A stretch of 64,000 nt of DNA from Clostridiales bacterium (GTDB lineage Bacteria; Bacillota; Clostridia; Christensenellales; UBA1242). Below, piece after piece: positions 38,125 to 48,210 of this stretch. Both the position numbers and the translations under genes were made by a program. The notes under the pieces were generated by a model that was not told the origin of the DNA, ran no database searches, and was given only the letters and a program-made list of their open reading frames with translations. Position 1 is the first letter of the stretch. Each line of letters begins with the position of its first letter. The stretch lies in the NCBI GenBank assembly GCA_003522085.1, contig DPGI01000004.1:11082-75081 (forward strand). Direction: 5' to 3'.

Positions 38125-38482
38125 GACGAGAAAAGAAAGGTCAGTTTTATTATATCTTTGCAAGGTTTGCCCTAAAAAACGGACATGCCTAATTTCTCCA
38201 AGTGACGTTTCGGCGGCGTTATCAAAAAAGTTTGTGCTTTCTATTGCCGAACTTGATGAAATTATGACAGTGCTTTCTGATGAAAACTATATTGATTTTG
38301 TTGTTTCTGAAAGCAAAATGGGGTATTATTATTGTGTAACATTAAAAAAGAAAGGACAGACATTTGTCATAGACTCAAAAAGTCGAAGGCGAAATTTTGG
38401 TTTGCTTGTATTGCGCAGTTTGTTTTTGGCGACAGTCAGTTTTATTTTCGGGCTTGTGCTGAAAACTATTTTCAAAGGATAA
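38123..38482 (+). CDS. Small protein with a winged-helix-like N-domain and a C-terminal TM anchor (paralog B)
   Basis: VLLYLCKVCPKKRTCLISPSDVSAAL...LDEIMTVLSDENYIDFVV...YYCVTLKKKG is followed by a basic linker and a TM helix. It aligns along its full length with the 36917-37279 product. The TTG start is uncertain. Confidence 0.5.
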   Translation: MTRKERSVLLYLCKVCPKKRTCLISPSDVSAALSKKFVLSIAELDEIMTVLSDENYIDFVVSESKMGYYYCVTLKKKGQTFVIDSKSRRRNFGLLVLRSLFLATVSFIFGLVLKTIFKG

Positions 38483-38485
38483 AGA

Positions 38486-40444
38486 ATGGATAAGTTTGTA
38501 TTGCACGCACCTTTTAAAGCGTCTGGCGATCAGCCGCAAGCTATTGATAAGCTTGTGGAAGGGTTTAACGAGGGCTTAAAAGAACAAGTGCTGTTGGGAG
38601 TTACGGGAAGTGGGAAGACTTTCACAATGGCAAACATAATTGCCAAATTAAACAGACCAACGCTTGTTATTGCTCACAACAAAACGCTTGCGGCACAACT
38701 TTGCAATGAATTTAGAGAGTTTTTCCCTGAAAATCGAGTGGAATATTTTGTTTCATATTACGACTATTATCAGCCAGAAGCGTATATCGTTCCGACCGAT
38801 ACCTACATTGAAAAAGATATGGCAATCAATGACGAAATTGATAAGCTTCGCTCTTCTGCCACATCATCTTTGCTCGAAAGAAAAGATGTGATTGTTGTAG
38901 CGTCGGTTTCGTGCATATATGGCTTGGGCAGCCCAGAAGAATATTACAATTTGCACTTATCGCTTAGAAAGGGTGACATCGTTGATCGCGATGAAATCAT
39001 GAAGCGTTTGATTGACATTCAATACACCAGAAATGAGATGGATTTTAAGCGTTCGACGTTTAGGGCGAAAGGCGACACATTGGATATTTTTCCTGCAAAC
39101 CAATCAGAAATGGCGCTTAGAGTGCGTTTTTTTGGCGATGAAATTGAAAAAATGTTTGAATTTGATCCAATTACTGGAAATATGTTAAACGAAGTTGGCT
39201 ATGCTGCGATTTATCCTGCGACTCATTATGCAGTCGGAAACGAACGCTTGAAAAGAGCGATTGCAGAGATTACTGAAGATCGTGAAAAGGCGATTAAAAA
39301 GTTTAATGATGAAGGGAAACCACTCGAAGCTGAACGCATCGGGCAGCGTGTGGCATATGACCTTGAAATGATGCAAGAACTTGGATATTGCAACGGCATT
39401 GAAAATTATTCGCGATACTTTGACGGGCGAAAGCCTGGCGAGCCACCATTCACTTTGATGGATTATTTTCCACGTGGGTTTTTAACAATTATTGACGAAA
39501 GCCATATGACTCTGCCACAGGTTAGAGCGATGTATAACGGCGACAAGGCGCGCAAAGATAATTTGATTGAATTTGGGTTCCGCCTTGAAGCGGCGCGCGA
39601 CAACAGACCACTTAAATTTGACGAATTTAACGAACGCTTGGGACAGACTTTGTATGTATCGGCGACTCCAGCGCCATACGAACTTTCTAGGGCGGGGCAG
39701 GTTGTTGAACAGTTGCTTAGACCTACTGGGCTGCTTGATCCGACAATTGAAGTGCGACCTTCAAAAGGTCAGATTGATGATTTGATTTCAGAAATAAACG
39801 CCACAATCGCGCGAGGCGCTCGTGTGCTTGTAACCACTCTGACAAAGAAAATGGCTGAAAGTTTGACGACTTATCTTGGTGACCGCAAAATTAAAGTTAA
39901 ATATTTGCATTCTGAAATTGACACCATGGAGCGTGTCGAAATTATCAACGGGCTTCGAAATGGCGAATTTGATGTGCTTGTAGGAATCAACTTGCTTAGG
40001 GAAGGTCTTGATATGCCGGAAGTTGAATTAGTTGCGATTTTAGATGCCGACAAAGAAGGATTCTTGCGCAGCGAAGGAGCGTTGATTCAAACAATCGGAA
40101 GAGTTGCGCGAAATGAAAACGGCAGAGCGATTATGTATGCTGATGAAATCACCGATTCGATGAGACGTGCGATTGACGAAACGGCAAGGCGTCGCGAGAT
40201 ACAAAATCAATACAACAAAGAGCACGGAATAACTCCAAAAACAATTAAAAAGAATGTTAAAAACACTCTTGAAATCACCAAAAAGGTGACAGCTGATGAA
40301 ATTAAAAAGAAAGATATTCCGGCTGAAATTGAGCGCTTAACAAGCATGATGAAGCTTGCTTCCAATTCGCTTGATTTTGAAAGAGCGATTGAAATTCGAA
40401 ATAAAATACTAGTTTTAAAGAAAAAATTAGGCAAAAAAGATTAA
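38486..40444 (+). CDS. uvrB: Excinuclease ABC subunit B
   Basis: [17 protein letters not shown], beta-hairpin region [10 protein letters not shown], helicase motifs and a C-terminal UVR domain ([13 protein letters not shown]). Confidence 0.97.
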   Translation: MDKFVLHAPFKASGDQPQAIDKLVEGFNEGLKEQVLLGVTGSGKTFTMANIIAKLNRPTLVIAHNKTLAAQLCNEFREFFPENRVEYFVSYYDYYQPEAYIVPTDTYIEKDMAINDEIDKLRSSATSSLLERKDVIVVASVSCIYGLGSPEEYYNLHLSLRKGDIVDRDEIMKRLIDIQYTRNEMDFKRSTFRAKGDTLDIFPANQSEMALRVRFFGDEIEKMFEFDPITGNMLNEVGYAAIYPATHYAVGNERLKRAIAEITEDREKAIKKFNDEGKPLEAERIGQRVAYDLEMMQELGYCNGIENYSRYFDGRKPGEPPFTLMDYFPRGFLTIIDESHMTLPQVRAMYNGDKARKDNLIEFGFRLEAARDNRPLKFDEFNERLGQTLYVSATPAPYELSRAGQVVEQLLRPTGLLDPTIEVRPSKGQIDDLISEINATIARGARVLVTTLTKKMAESLTTYLGDRKIKVKYLHSEIDTMERVEIINGLRNGEFDVLVGINLLREGLDMPEVELVAILDADKEGFLRSEGALIQTIGRVARNENGRAIMYADEITDSMRRAIDETARRREIQNQYNKEHGITPKTIKKNVKNTLEITKKVTADEIKKKDIPAEIERLTSMMKLASNSLDFERAIEIRNKILVLKKKLGKKD

Positions 40445-40457
40445 AAAGGCAGAAATT

Positions 40458-43292
40458 ATGGAAGAAAACATTACAATCGTGGGGGCGAAGGAAAATAATT
40501 TAAAAAACATCAACCTTACTCTTCCACGTGAAAAATTGATCGTGTTTACTGGTGTGAGCGGGTCGGGGAAGACGTCGCTTGCTTTTGGCACGATTTTCGC
40601 TGAGGGACAACGACGATATATTGAAAGTCTTTCTTCTTATGCACGCATGTTTTTAGGTCAGGCGCAAAAGCCAGATGTCGAATCGATCGACGGGCTGTCG
40701 CCTGCGATTTCGATAGACCAAAAAACAACCAACCACAACCCTCGCTCTACTGTGGGCACAGTTACTGAAATTTACGATTATTTAAGATTGCTGTTTGCGC
40801 GTGTTGGCACGGCATACTGTCCGCATTGTCATAAAGCAATTTCACGCCAAACTATCGATCAAATTGTTGAAGATGTGATGACTCGACCAGCGGGAACGAA
40901 GCTCACCATTCTCAGCCCTGTTGTAAGAAAAGAGAAAGGTGCGTTTGCAAAACTTTTTGAAAACTTGAAAAAGAGCGGATATGTGCGTGTCGAAGTTGAC
41001 GGAAGCATGTATACACTTGATGAACAAATCGAACTTGACAAAAACATAAAGCACGAAATCAAGGTTGTTATCGACCGTATTGTTTTAAAAGAAGGAATTG
41101 AAGGGCGTTTAAACGAAAGTTTGGAAGCCGCTTTAAAACTTACTGATGGGCTTGCGATTGTTTCGTTTGATGACCAAGAAGAACTTTATTCAACAAATTA
41201 TTCTTGCCCAACTTGTGGCTGGACTCTTGAAGAAATCACTCCAAGGCTCTTTTCGTTTAATGCACCTTTCGGGGCTTGTCCAAATTGTTCGGGTCTTGGC
41301 GAAATTGCTGACATTGATGAAAGTATTGTGCTTAAAAATTCGCATTTGTCGGTTGAGCAGGGTGCTTTCAATTTGACAGGTTGGAGATATGAAGAAGGCA
41401 GCATGGCGAAACTTTATTTCGACGCGCTCAGCAATAAATATGATATTCCACTAAATGTTCCTGTTAAATATTTGCCTAAAAAGGCGATTGACATATTCTT
41501 GTATGGCAATGGTGGCGAAAAGATGGATATCTTTGGCGACCAATATCGCAACAAAATGGCAGAGCGATGGAGAGGAAATCATGCGCTCAGTTTTGAAGGG
41601 CTTGTAAACAATTTAAAACGCAGATTAGCAGAAACAAAAAGCGAATTTATGCGCTTTGAAATCGGCAAGTTTTTGCGCAATCAAACATGTAAAGTTTGCG
41701 GAGGAAAACGTTTAAATGAATCCGCACTTGCGATTAAAATTGACGGTAAAGACATAATTGACATGTGCGATATGCCAGTTAGTGAATTGTTGCCTTATAT
41801 GCAAAACATCAAATTGCCTAAATATAAAATGGTGATTGCAGAAAGCATTTTAAAAGAAGTTGTCGCACGTTTAAAATTCCTTTCTGATGTTGGACTGGGA
41901 TATTTGACTCTTTCACGTTCGGCTGAAAGTTTGTCGGGCGGTGAGTCTCAAAGAATTAGACTTGCCACACAAATTGGCTCGGGACTTGTTGGCGTACTTT
42001 ACATTTTGGATGAGCCTAGCATTGGGCTGCATCAGAGAGACAACGAAAAACTGCTTGCAACGCTTAAAAATCTTCGCGATTTAGGAAACACGTTGATTGT
42101 TGTAGAACACGACGAAGACACAATGCGCGCGGCTGATTGGCTTGTTGACGTTGGGCCTTATGCTGGCGTTCACGGCGGAGAGATTGTGGCTAGTGGTCCG
42201 GTTGAAGAGGTAATGAAAAATCCAAATTCAATCACTGCTAAATTTTTGCGCGGAGAAGAAAAAATCGCTATTCCTACTTCACGCCGAAAACCAAGTGGCT
42301 ATATAACAGTTACGGGCGCTGCTCAAAACAACTTGAAAAAGATGAATGTTAAAATTCCGCTTGGCGTGTTTACTGCTGTTACTGGCGTGTCGGGCAGTGG
42401 AAAGTCTAGCCTTGTCAACGGCGTGCTTTATCCACACTTGTCAAATTTACTTAATGGCAGCCACATCGAAGAAGGAAAATTCGCAAAGATTGAAGGAGTC
42501 GAACAACTTGATAAAGTTATTTGCATCGACCAAGCACCAATCGGCAGAACGCCTCGAAGCAACCCAGCTACCTACACGGGATTGTTCACTCCAATTAGAG
42601 AACTGTTTGCAGCGACGGCTGATGCAAAGATGCGTGGCTATACTTCAAGCAGATTTTCATTCAATGTAAAAGGTGGACGATGCGAGGCGTGTGATGGCGC
42701 GGGCGTAAAAGAAATCGAAATGTATTTTTTACCAGACATTACTGTTCCTTGCGAAGTGTGTAAGGGAAAACGCTATAACCATGAAACGCTTGAAGTCAAA
42801 TACAAGGGCAAGACTATTTCAGAAGTGCTTGACATGACAGTTGAAGAAGCATTGAAGTTTTTTGAAAATATTCCAACAATCAAAAACAAATTGCAGGCGC
42901 TTTATGATGTTGGTTTGTCATATATTAAACTTGGACAGCCCGCAACCGAACTTTCGGGCGGTGAAGCGCAGAGGGTTAAACTTGCAACCGAACTTTCAAA
43001 ACGAGAGACAGGCAAAACGTTTTATATTCTTGACGAGCCAACTACTGGACTGCATATGTATGACGTTAAAAAACTTGTTGCTATTCTTGACAGGTTGGTT
43101 GGCAACGGAAACAGCGTTGTAGTGATCGAACACAATTTGGACGTAATTAAATGCGCAGATCAAATTATTGATTTGGGGCCAGAAGGCGGCTCGGGCGGAG
43201 GCGAAGTTGTTGCCACAGGAACGCCTGAAGAAGTTGCAAAAAATGAAAAATCATGGACAGGAAAATTTCTTAAAAATGTATTAAAACAATAA
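40458..43292 (+). CDS. uvrA: Excinuclease ABC subunit A
   Basis: Two ABC ATPase modules (GVSGSGKTSLAF and GVSGSGKSSLV; LSGGESQRIRLA and LSGGEAQRVKLA) and zinc-finger Cys clusters (CPHC, CPTC...CPNC, CEAC...CEVC). Confidence 0.97.
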   Translation: MEENITIVGAKENNLKNINLTLPREKLIVFTGVSGSGKTSLAFGTIFAEGQRRYIESLSSYARMFLGQAQKPDVESIDGLSPAISIDQKTTNHNPRSTVGTVTEIYDYLRLLFARVGTAYCPHCHKAISRQTIDQIVEDVMTRPAGTKLTILSPVVRKEKGAFAKLFENLKKSGYVRVEVDGSMYTLDEQIELDKNIKHEIKVVIDRIVLKEGIEGRLNESLEAALKLTDGLAIVSFDDQEELYSTNYSCPTCGWTLEEITPRLFSFNAPFGACPNCSGLGEIADIDESIVLKNSHLSVEQGAFNLTGWRYEEGSMAKLYFDALSNKYDIPLNVPVKYLPKKAIDIFLYGNGGEKMDIFGDQYRNKMAERWRGNHALSFEGLVNNLKRRLAETKSEFMRFEIGKFLRNQTCKVCGGKRLNESALAIKIDGKDIIDMCDMPVSELLPYMQNIKLPKYKMVIAESILKEVVARLKFLSDVGLGYLTLSRSAESLSGGESQRIRLATQIGSGLVGVLYILDEPSIGLHQRDNEKLLATLKNLRDLGNTLIVVEHDEDTMRAADWLVDVGPYAGVHGGEIVASGPVEEVMKNPNSITAKFLRGEEKIAIPTSRRKPSGYITVTGAAQNNLKKMNVKIPLGVFTAVTGVSGSGKSSLVNGVLYPHLSNLLNGSHIEEGKFAKIEGVEQLDKVICIDQAPIGRTPRSNPATYTGLFTPIRELFAATADAKMRGYTSSRFSFNVKGGRCEACDGAGVKEIEMYFLPDITVPCEVCKGKRYNHETLEVKYKGKTISEVLDMTVEEALKFFENIPTIKNKLQALYDVGLSYIKLGQPATELSGGEAQRVKLATELSKRETGKTFYILDEPTTGLHMYDVKKLVAILDRLVGNGNSVVVIEHNLDVIKCADQIIDLGPEGGSGGGEVVATGTPEEVAKNEKSWTGKFLKNVLKQ

Positions 43293-43294
43293 AA

Positions 43295-43320
43295 ATGGAG
43301 CAAAAATGCTTCATTTTTTG
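43295..43320 (+). terminator. Intrinsic terminator after uvrA
   Basis: Stem ATGGAGCA (43295-43302), loop AAAA, stem TGCTTCAT (43307-43314, one G-U pair), then a T-run. Confidence 0.6.
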
Positions 43321-43327
43321 TTTTTTC

Positions 43328-43356
43328 TTGCAAAATTATGTGAAAAATGCTAAAAT
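43328..43356 (+). promoter_or_regulatory. Sigma-A-type promoter placed for a leaderless transcript of the MBL-fold gene
   Basis: TTGCAA (43328-43333), 17-nt spacer ending in the extended -10 TGc, then TAAAAT (43351-43356). ATG 43363 begins 7 nt after the -10 hexamer. Confidence 0.5.
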
Positions 43357-43362
43357 ATGCTC

Positions 43363-44145
43363 ATGCGAATAATATCATTAGCATCGGGCAGCGATGGCAA
43401 CATGACATATCTTGAAAGCGAAAAAGTCAAGGTTTTAATTGACATAGGTTTGTCGTGCTCTGAGGCGGTTAAAAGGCTTAGTCTTATCGGTGTTAAACCT
43501 TCGCAAATTGATGTAATTTTGATTACGCACGAGCACAACGACCACATAAAAGGCGTCGATGCTTTTTCATACAAATACGACAAACCTATTTTTGCGCACA
43601 AAGACGTGTGGGAAAATATGAAATACAAACTTTTAAAAACTCCACCAAAAAACCGCCGCTTTTTTGAGACGGAATCGTTTATGCTGCGCGACATAACTGT
43701 TCATGCTGTGCCGCTTAATCACGATGTGCCTTGCTTTGGATACGTGTTTGAAAATAATGGCGCGAAGATAAGTATTTTGACAGATGTTGGGCATACTAAC
43801 GACAGAATACTTGACAGTATTCGAGGGAGCCAACTGGTTTACCTTGAAGCAAACTATGACAAGACGATGCTTAGAGAGGGAACAAAATATCCGCTTGCTC
43901 TTAAAAACCGCATTGCTGGTGGACACGGGCATATATCAAATGACGAAAGCGCTATGATTGTTAAAAGTCTTGTCGAAAGTGGCAGTAGACAGATTGTTCT
44001 GTCGCACTTAAGCAGAGAAAACAATTCTCCAAGTCTGGCATACAACTATATTTCAGACAAGCTCAAAAACTGGGGGATCATTGAAGGCGTGCATGTCAAG
44101 ATTGATGTCGCAACATCGCAGCCGGGCACATTGTTTAAGCTTTAA
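43363..44145 (+). CDS. MBL-fold metallo-hydrolase, YycJ/WalJ-like
   Basis: MRIISLASGSDGN..., the HEHNDH metal-binding motif, and a position directly upstream of an HtrA-type protease gene, as with yycJ-yyxA in Bacillus. The start could also be ATG 43357, which directly abuts the -10 box. Confidence 0.8.
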   Translation: MRIISLASGSDGNMTYLESEKVKVLIDIGLSCSEAVKRLSLIGVKPSQIDVILITHEHNDHIKGVDAFSYKYDKPIFAHKDVWENMKYKLLKTPPKNRRFFETESFMLRDITVHAVPLNHDVPCFGYVFENNGAKISILTDVGHTNDRILDSIRGSQLVYLEANYDKTMLREGTKYPLALKNRIAGGHGHISNDESAMIVKSLVESGSRQIVLSHLSRENNSPSLAYNYISDKLKNWGIIEGVHVKIDVATSQPGTLFKL

Positions 44146-44178
44146 GGTTTCTTCGTGACTCCTAAAAAGGAGAAAATT

Positions 44179-45189
44179 ATGAAGAAACTTTTTTATTGTG
44201 CGTGGGCGCTTGCAATGGCGTCAGTGTTGATGCTGACAGGTTGCGGAAGCAGCGAAGTTGCCGACCAAAGTGTTGACATGAGCGTGCGACGTATAGCAAC
44301 CGAAAACGCGGCTTCAACAAGTGATATGCTGGAAGAAGCCAGAAGTGCCGTCGTCGGAATTTCTGTTTCATATCCTGATGGCTATGTCATTGGCAGCGGT
44401 GTGGCAATTTCAGACGGCGGGCTAATTTTAACAAATAATCACGTCGTTGAAGACGGCAAAAAAATCACGCTTTATTATGCAGACAAAACCACAGGACAAG
44501 CCAAACTTATGTGGTCTGACGCAGGGCTTGACCTTGCCATAATTTCGTCGTCAAAAGTTATTCCATATTTAGGCATCGAAACAAGTGTGCCACAAATCGG
44601 AGAAGAAGTTTTTACACTTGGAACACCGCTTACTCTTGAATTTAAACACACCGTTACGCACGGAATTGTCAGCGCAATAAACAGGACATTAGAGACTGAG
44701 ACTTCTTCGGGAGTAAGTTTTTTGCAATCATTGATTCAGCATGACGCGCCAATAAATCCCGGCAATTCTGGCGGCCCGCTTATAAATAGTCAAGGGCAAG
44801 TTATCGGGATTAACACTTTAAAAGCGACAGAAGGTGAAGGGATAGGGTTTGCCATTCCTATTGAAACAGCAAGTTTAGCGGTTGAAAAACTTAAACAAAA
44901 TCCAAATTACCAGTCCGCATATCTTGGAATTTTTGGATTTGACAGCGACATCGCGCTTGCAAATGGTCAAAATCTTTCAAGCCAAGGTGTTTACACGGTT
45001 TCAACAGATGGGCCAGCAGCCAAAGCGGGCATACAAAAAGGTGACTTGGTTGTCAAAGTTGGCGACTATAATATAGATAATTTGCTATCGCTTCGAAAAT
45101 CGGTTTTTGCATACAACAAAGGAGACAATGTGCTTGTTAAATTTGTTCGTGATGGGCAGATGAAAGAAGCGCTTGTTACTCTTAAATAA
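44179..45189 (+). CDS. S1C (HtrA/YyxA-like) trypsin-like serine protease lipoprotein with a PDZ domain
   Basis: ATG 44179 follows AAAGGAG. The lipobox is MLTGC|G. The protease motifs are TNNHVV, D..LAI and GNSGGPL (catalytic Ser). The C-terminal PDZ-like region is GIQKGDLVVKVGD. Confidence 0.8.
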   Translation: MKKLFYCAWALAMASVLMLTGCGSSEVADQSVDMSVRRIATENAASTSDMLEEARSAVVGISVSYPDGYVIGSGVAISDGGLILTNNHVVEDGKKITLYYADKTTGQAKLMWSDAGLDLAIISSSKVIPYLGIETSVPQIGEEVFTLGTPLTLEFKHTVTHGIVSAINRTLETETSSGVSFLQSLIQHDAPINPGNSGGPLINSQGQVIGINTLKATEGEGIGFAIPIETASLAVEKLKQNPNYQSAYLGIFGFDSDIALANGQNLSSQGVYTVSTDGPAAKAGIQKGDLVVKVGDYNIDNLLSLRKSVFAYNKGDNVLVKFVRDGQMKEALVTLK

Positions 45190-45260
45190 TTGTCAAAAAA
45201 ACAGCTTTAAAACAGCAATTTTACGGAAGTGGCGTTTTCCAACTTTTTTTAAATAACATC

Positions 45261-45289
45261 TTGAAATCTTCAGCAGAAAGTGCTATAAT
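45261..45289 (+). promoter_or_regulatory. Near-consensus sigma-A promoter with extended -10
   Basis: TTGAAA (45261-45266), 17-nt spacer, TGcTATAAT (45281-45289). Confidence 0.6.
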
Positions 45290-45329
45290 ATTATGTAAAC
45301 AAAAAAATATTTTGTTAAGGAGAGGGAAA

Positions 45330-47222
45330 ATGACAATTTCTGAATTAATTTTAAATCCAAATGAATTGAAAAATTTAAATGCAGCAAGTGTTAGAAAAGC
45401 GTCTAAAGAATCTTTCATTCCAGGTGTTAAAAATTACTCCGATAAAGAACGCGGAGTGCTTAGTGCATTTTGCAATACAGATTTTAAAATGTATGATAAA
45501 GAAGTGGGTTATTTCTGGAAGACATTAGAAAATGCTTATAAAGATTTAGAACAACTTCAAAATACAGGTGTTTTTGTTGCAGAACCAGATAAAAGAACAA
45601 AATTTCCAACCGACATTGTTGATGCGTGCCGAGTGTGTGATAAATTTTATGGTATCGTAATGGGCAAAATGAAAGACTCATTTAACCTTATTAAAGGAAA
45701 AAGGGGAAAGGACGACTATTATGAAATTAAAAGCGACTCACCATTAGCAAAACTTGTTAAAGATAAATCTGACGAAAGAGATATGTCGCTTTACAACGCT
45801 AGAGAAGTTGTTGCTTATTTGGCAACTTATCTTGCAGTTGAAAACGGACTAGTTGACAGTATTGTAACAAGTGAACAATCAAAACAAGATACTTTAACAT
45901 ATCTTTTTAACGGACTTGTTGAGCCAAAAAACGGTGGGATTCTTAATGCACTTAAAAAATATAAAAATGCTTACGAAGGTCAAAAAGAAAACATGATGGA
46001 TGTTTTCACAATTAGAGAAATTGCAAGTGAACTTGCAAAACTATCAATTGAAAGTGTAAAAGAAGAAATCACATCAAAAATTGACTTAGATGTAGCAAGT
46101 AATTTCTATAACTGTGAAATGCTTGAAGCAATTGAAACAATGTCACCAACTGAATTTAAAGATATCCCACTTGCTCTTGATGAAGGAAAATCAAACTACC
46201 GTGTTGCTTTTATTGATGAAAAAGCAAGAAGGGACTTTAGAGAAAATGTTAGGAATTACGAAACAGCAGACGAAGCAAAAAAAGCACTTGACGATAATGG
46301 TGCGCGCGGAACGGATCTTCTTGCAGCAATAAAGTATTATGATAAACAAATGTTGCAAGACGAAAAAGACAAGGTAGTTGATACATTTGAAGAAGGCGCA
46401 TGGCTTTGCATTGCAAACCTTTTAATCGTAGAATTTGCTGGTGTAGAAGGAAAAAACAAAGAACGTCTTCAACAGGTGTTTGCAATTCCTCTTGCACAAT
46501 GTCTTGACAGAGTTGAATCTCCAGAAAAAAGACTTGAAATTGTTAAAAAAGCAATCAAAAAAGTTGACGAACTACATTTTGAAAGCAAAATTGAATTAAC
46601 AGAAGAAGACTCGGCAGCTGTGGACACAGGATATGTTAGATTGGCTGCTTTTGCTGCAGCAAGAAGCTCAGATAAGAGTGCCGAAGTAAAAGCACCAAGC
46701 TATCCTTTAAAGAAATACAAAACATATATGCACGAGGCAATGTCGGGCGTATTAAAAGACATAAAGAAAGAAGGTAAAAAACAATACTATCAATATTGCC
46801 CTGTGACGGCACTTATGCAAGCTGGACTTTTGCCAAGAATGAAAAAGAACGGCATTGTTATTGAAGGCAACAAGCAAGTCGAAAAAGACTTTAAAACTTT
46901 TGTTCAAATGAAATCTGAAATTGAAGGAACAGTTGCATCTGAAAAAGCCCAAAAGAAAGCAAATAAAATCGCCAAAAACTACAATTTAAGTGAAGAAGAA
47001 CAAGAAGTTGTTGAGAAAGTATATGGTGGCTTGTTAGATAAGGAACAACAATTTAAAGAAAAAGTTGAAGCAACTGGCAAAAAATATAACGAGCTTAGTA
47101 ATGCTGAAAAACTTAAATTGCTTGAAACGATTGGTCTTACACAGGAAGAAGCAGAAGCATCAGTTTATGACGCTTACGGCAAAAAGAAACCCACAGGCGA
47201 CGAAGTTGACGCTGCGAGATAG
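45330..47222 (+). CDS. Large Lys/Glu-rich cytoplasmic protein (630 aa), function unknown
   Basis: ATG 45330 follows AAGGAGAGGG. The track start at 45261 lies inside the promoter. It has no signal peptide or TM helix and no motif I recognise. The gene is monocistronic, sitting between a strong promoter and a bidirectional terminator. Confidence 0.6.
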   Translation: MTISELILNPNELKNLNAASVRKASKESFIPGVKNYSDKERGVLSAFCNTDFKMYDKEVGYFWKTLENAYKDLEQLQNTGVFVAEPDKRTKFPTDIVDACRVCDKFYGIVMGKMKDSFNLIKGKRGKDDYYEIKSDSPLAKLVKDKSDERDMSLYNAREVVAYLATYLAVENGLVDSIVTSEQSKQDTLTYLFNGLVEPKNGGILNALKKYKNAYEGQKENMMDVFTIREIASELAKLSIESVKEEITSKIDLDVASNFYNCEMLEAIETMSPTEFKDIPLALDEGKSNYRVAFIDEKARRDFRENVRNYETADEAKKALDDNGARGTDLLAAIKYYDKQMLQDEKDKVVDTFEEGAWLCIANLLIVEFAGVEGKNKERLQQVFAIPLAQCLDRVESPEKRLEIVKKAIKKVDELHFESKIELTEEDSAAVDTGYVRLAAFAAARSSDKSAEVKAPSYPLKKYKTYMHEAMSGVLKDIKKEGKKQYYQYCPVTALMQAGLLPRMKKNGIVIEGNKQVEKDFKTFVQMKSEIEGTVASEKAQKKANKIAKNYNLSEEEQEVVEKVYGGLLDKEQQFKEKVEATGKKYNELSNAEKLKLLETIGLTQEEAEASVYDAYGKKKPTGDEVDAAR

Positions 47223-47246
47223 AAGCATAGAAGGCATAGCTTAAAA

Positions 47247-47279
47247 ACAAAAAAGAAGTTGAAATTCAACTTCTTTTTT
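47247..47279. terminator. Bidirectional intrinsic terminator
   Basis: A-run, stem GAAGTTG (47255-47261), loop AAATT, stem CAACTTC (47267-47273), then T7. It lies between convergent genes. Confidence 0.8.
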
Positions 47280-48203
47280 TTATGCTTGATTTGATGAATT
47301 TAAAAGATGTTGCATTTTTCTTTCAACAACTTTTTGTATGCCGTCCATTCCTTCCTTAAGATATTTGCGTTGGTCAAAGTTTTCTGGATGTTCAGTAAGG
47401 CTGCGGCGAACGCCTTCGGTGAAGGCGATTCTTAAATCGGTGTCGGTGTTAATTTTTACTACGTTGTGCTTAGTTAGGGCGATATGAGTAAGGTTTTCAT
47501 CAACGCCTTTTGGTTTTCCTAAATTGCCGCCGAGCGCGTTTATGCTTTCAACAAGTTTTTCATCTACGGAAGAAGCGCCGTGAAGCACAAGGGGATAATC
47601 CTTTGGCAGTGCGTTTTCAATTTGCGAAAGAATATCAAATCGTAATTTACTTTCGCCCGAAAATTTGTAGGCGCCGTGGCTTGTTCCAATTGCAACGGCA
47701 AGGCTGTCTACGCCGGTTTGCTCTACAAACAATTTCGCTTGCGCTGGGTCGGTGAAGTGATGTTCGTCGCAAGAGACGTTGTCTTCGACGCCTTTAAGCT
47801 GGCCAAGTTCACCTTCAACGAAAATTCCTTTTTGGTGTGCATATTTTACAACTTTTTTTGTAAGTGCAACATTTTCGTTAAATTCAAGAGAGCTTGCGTC
47901 AATCATAACGCTGTCAAAGCCAAGTGCGATTGCTTTTTTGCATACTTCAAAACTTTTGCCGTGGTCAAGATGCAAAAATATTGGGGCCTTGTATTGTTTT
48001 TTAGCAACGGCTACTACTGCTTTGATGTATTCGCCACCCATAAATGACAAAGCGCCTTCGCTGACTGCGATGATTACTGGGCTGTGCTGGTTTTCGGCTG
48101 CTGCGCAAATTGCTTTAAGACCTTCTAGGCTTGAAAAATTGAATGCGCCAAGCGCGAAACCTTTTTTATTTGCTTTTTTATAATAAAACATTAAATCTTT
48201 CAT
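47280..48203 (-). CDS. fba: Class II fructose-1,6-bisphosphate aldolase
   Basis: GFALGAFNFSSLE, HLDHG, GELG and TSHGAYKF are class II FBA/tagatose-bisphosphate aldolase family motifs. ATG 48203 (MKDLMFYYKKANKKG...) fits the family N-terminus better than the TTG at 48230. Plus-strand ORFs 47510-48183 are shadows. Confidence 0.9.
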   Translation of the reverse strand: MKDLMFYYKKANKKGFALGAFNFSSLEGLKAICAAAENQHSPVIIAVSEGALSFMGGEYIKAVVAVAKKQYKAPIFLHLDHGKSFEVCKKAIALGFDSVMIDASSLEFNENVALTKKVVKYAHQKGIFVEGELGQLKGVEDNVSCDEHHFTDPAQAKLFVEQTGVDSLAVAIGTSHGAYKFSGESKLRFDILSQIENALPKDYPLVLHGASSVDEKLVESINALGGNLGKPKGVDENLTHIALTKHNVVKINTDTDLRIAFTEGVRRSLTEHPENFDQRKYLKEGMDGIQKVVERKMQHLLNSSNQA

Positions 48204-48210
48204 ATGACAA

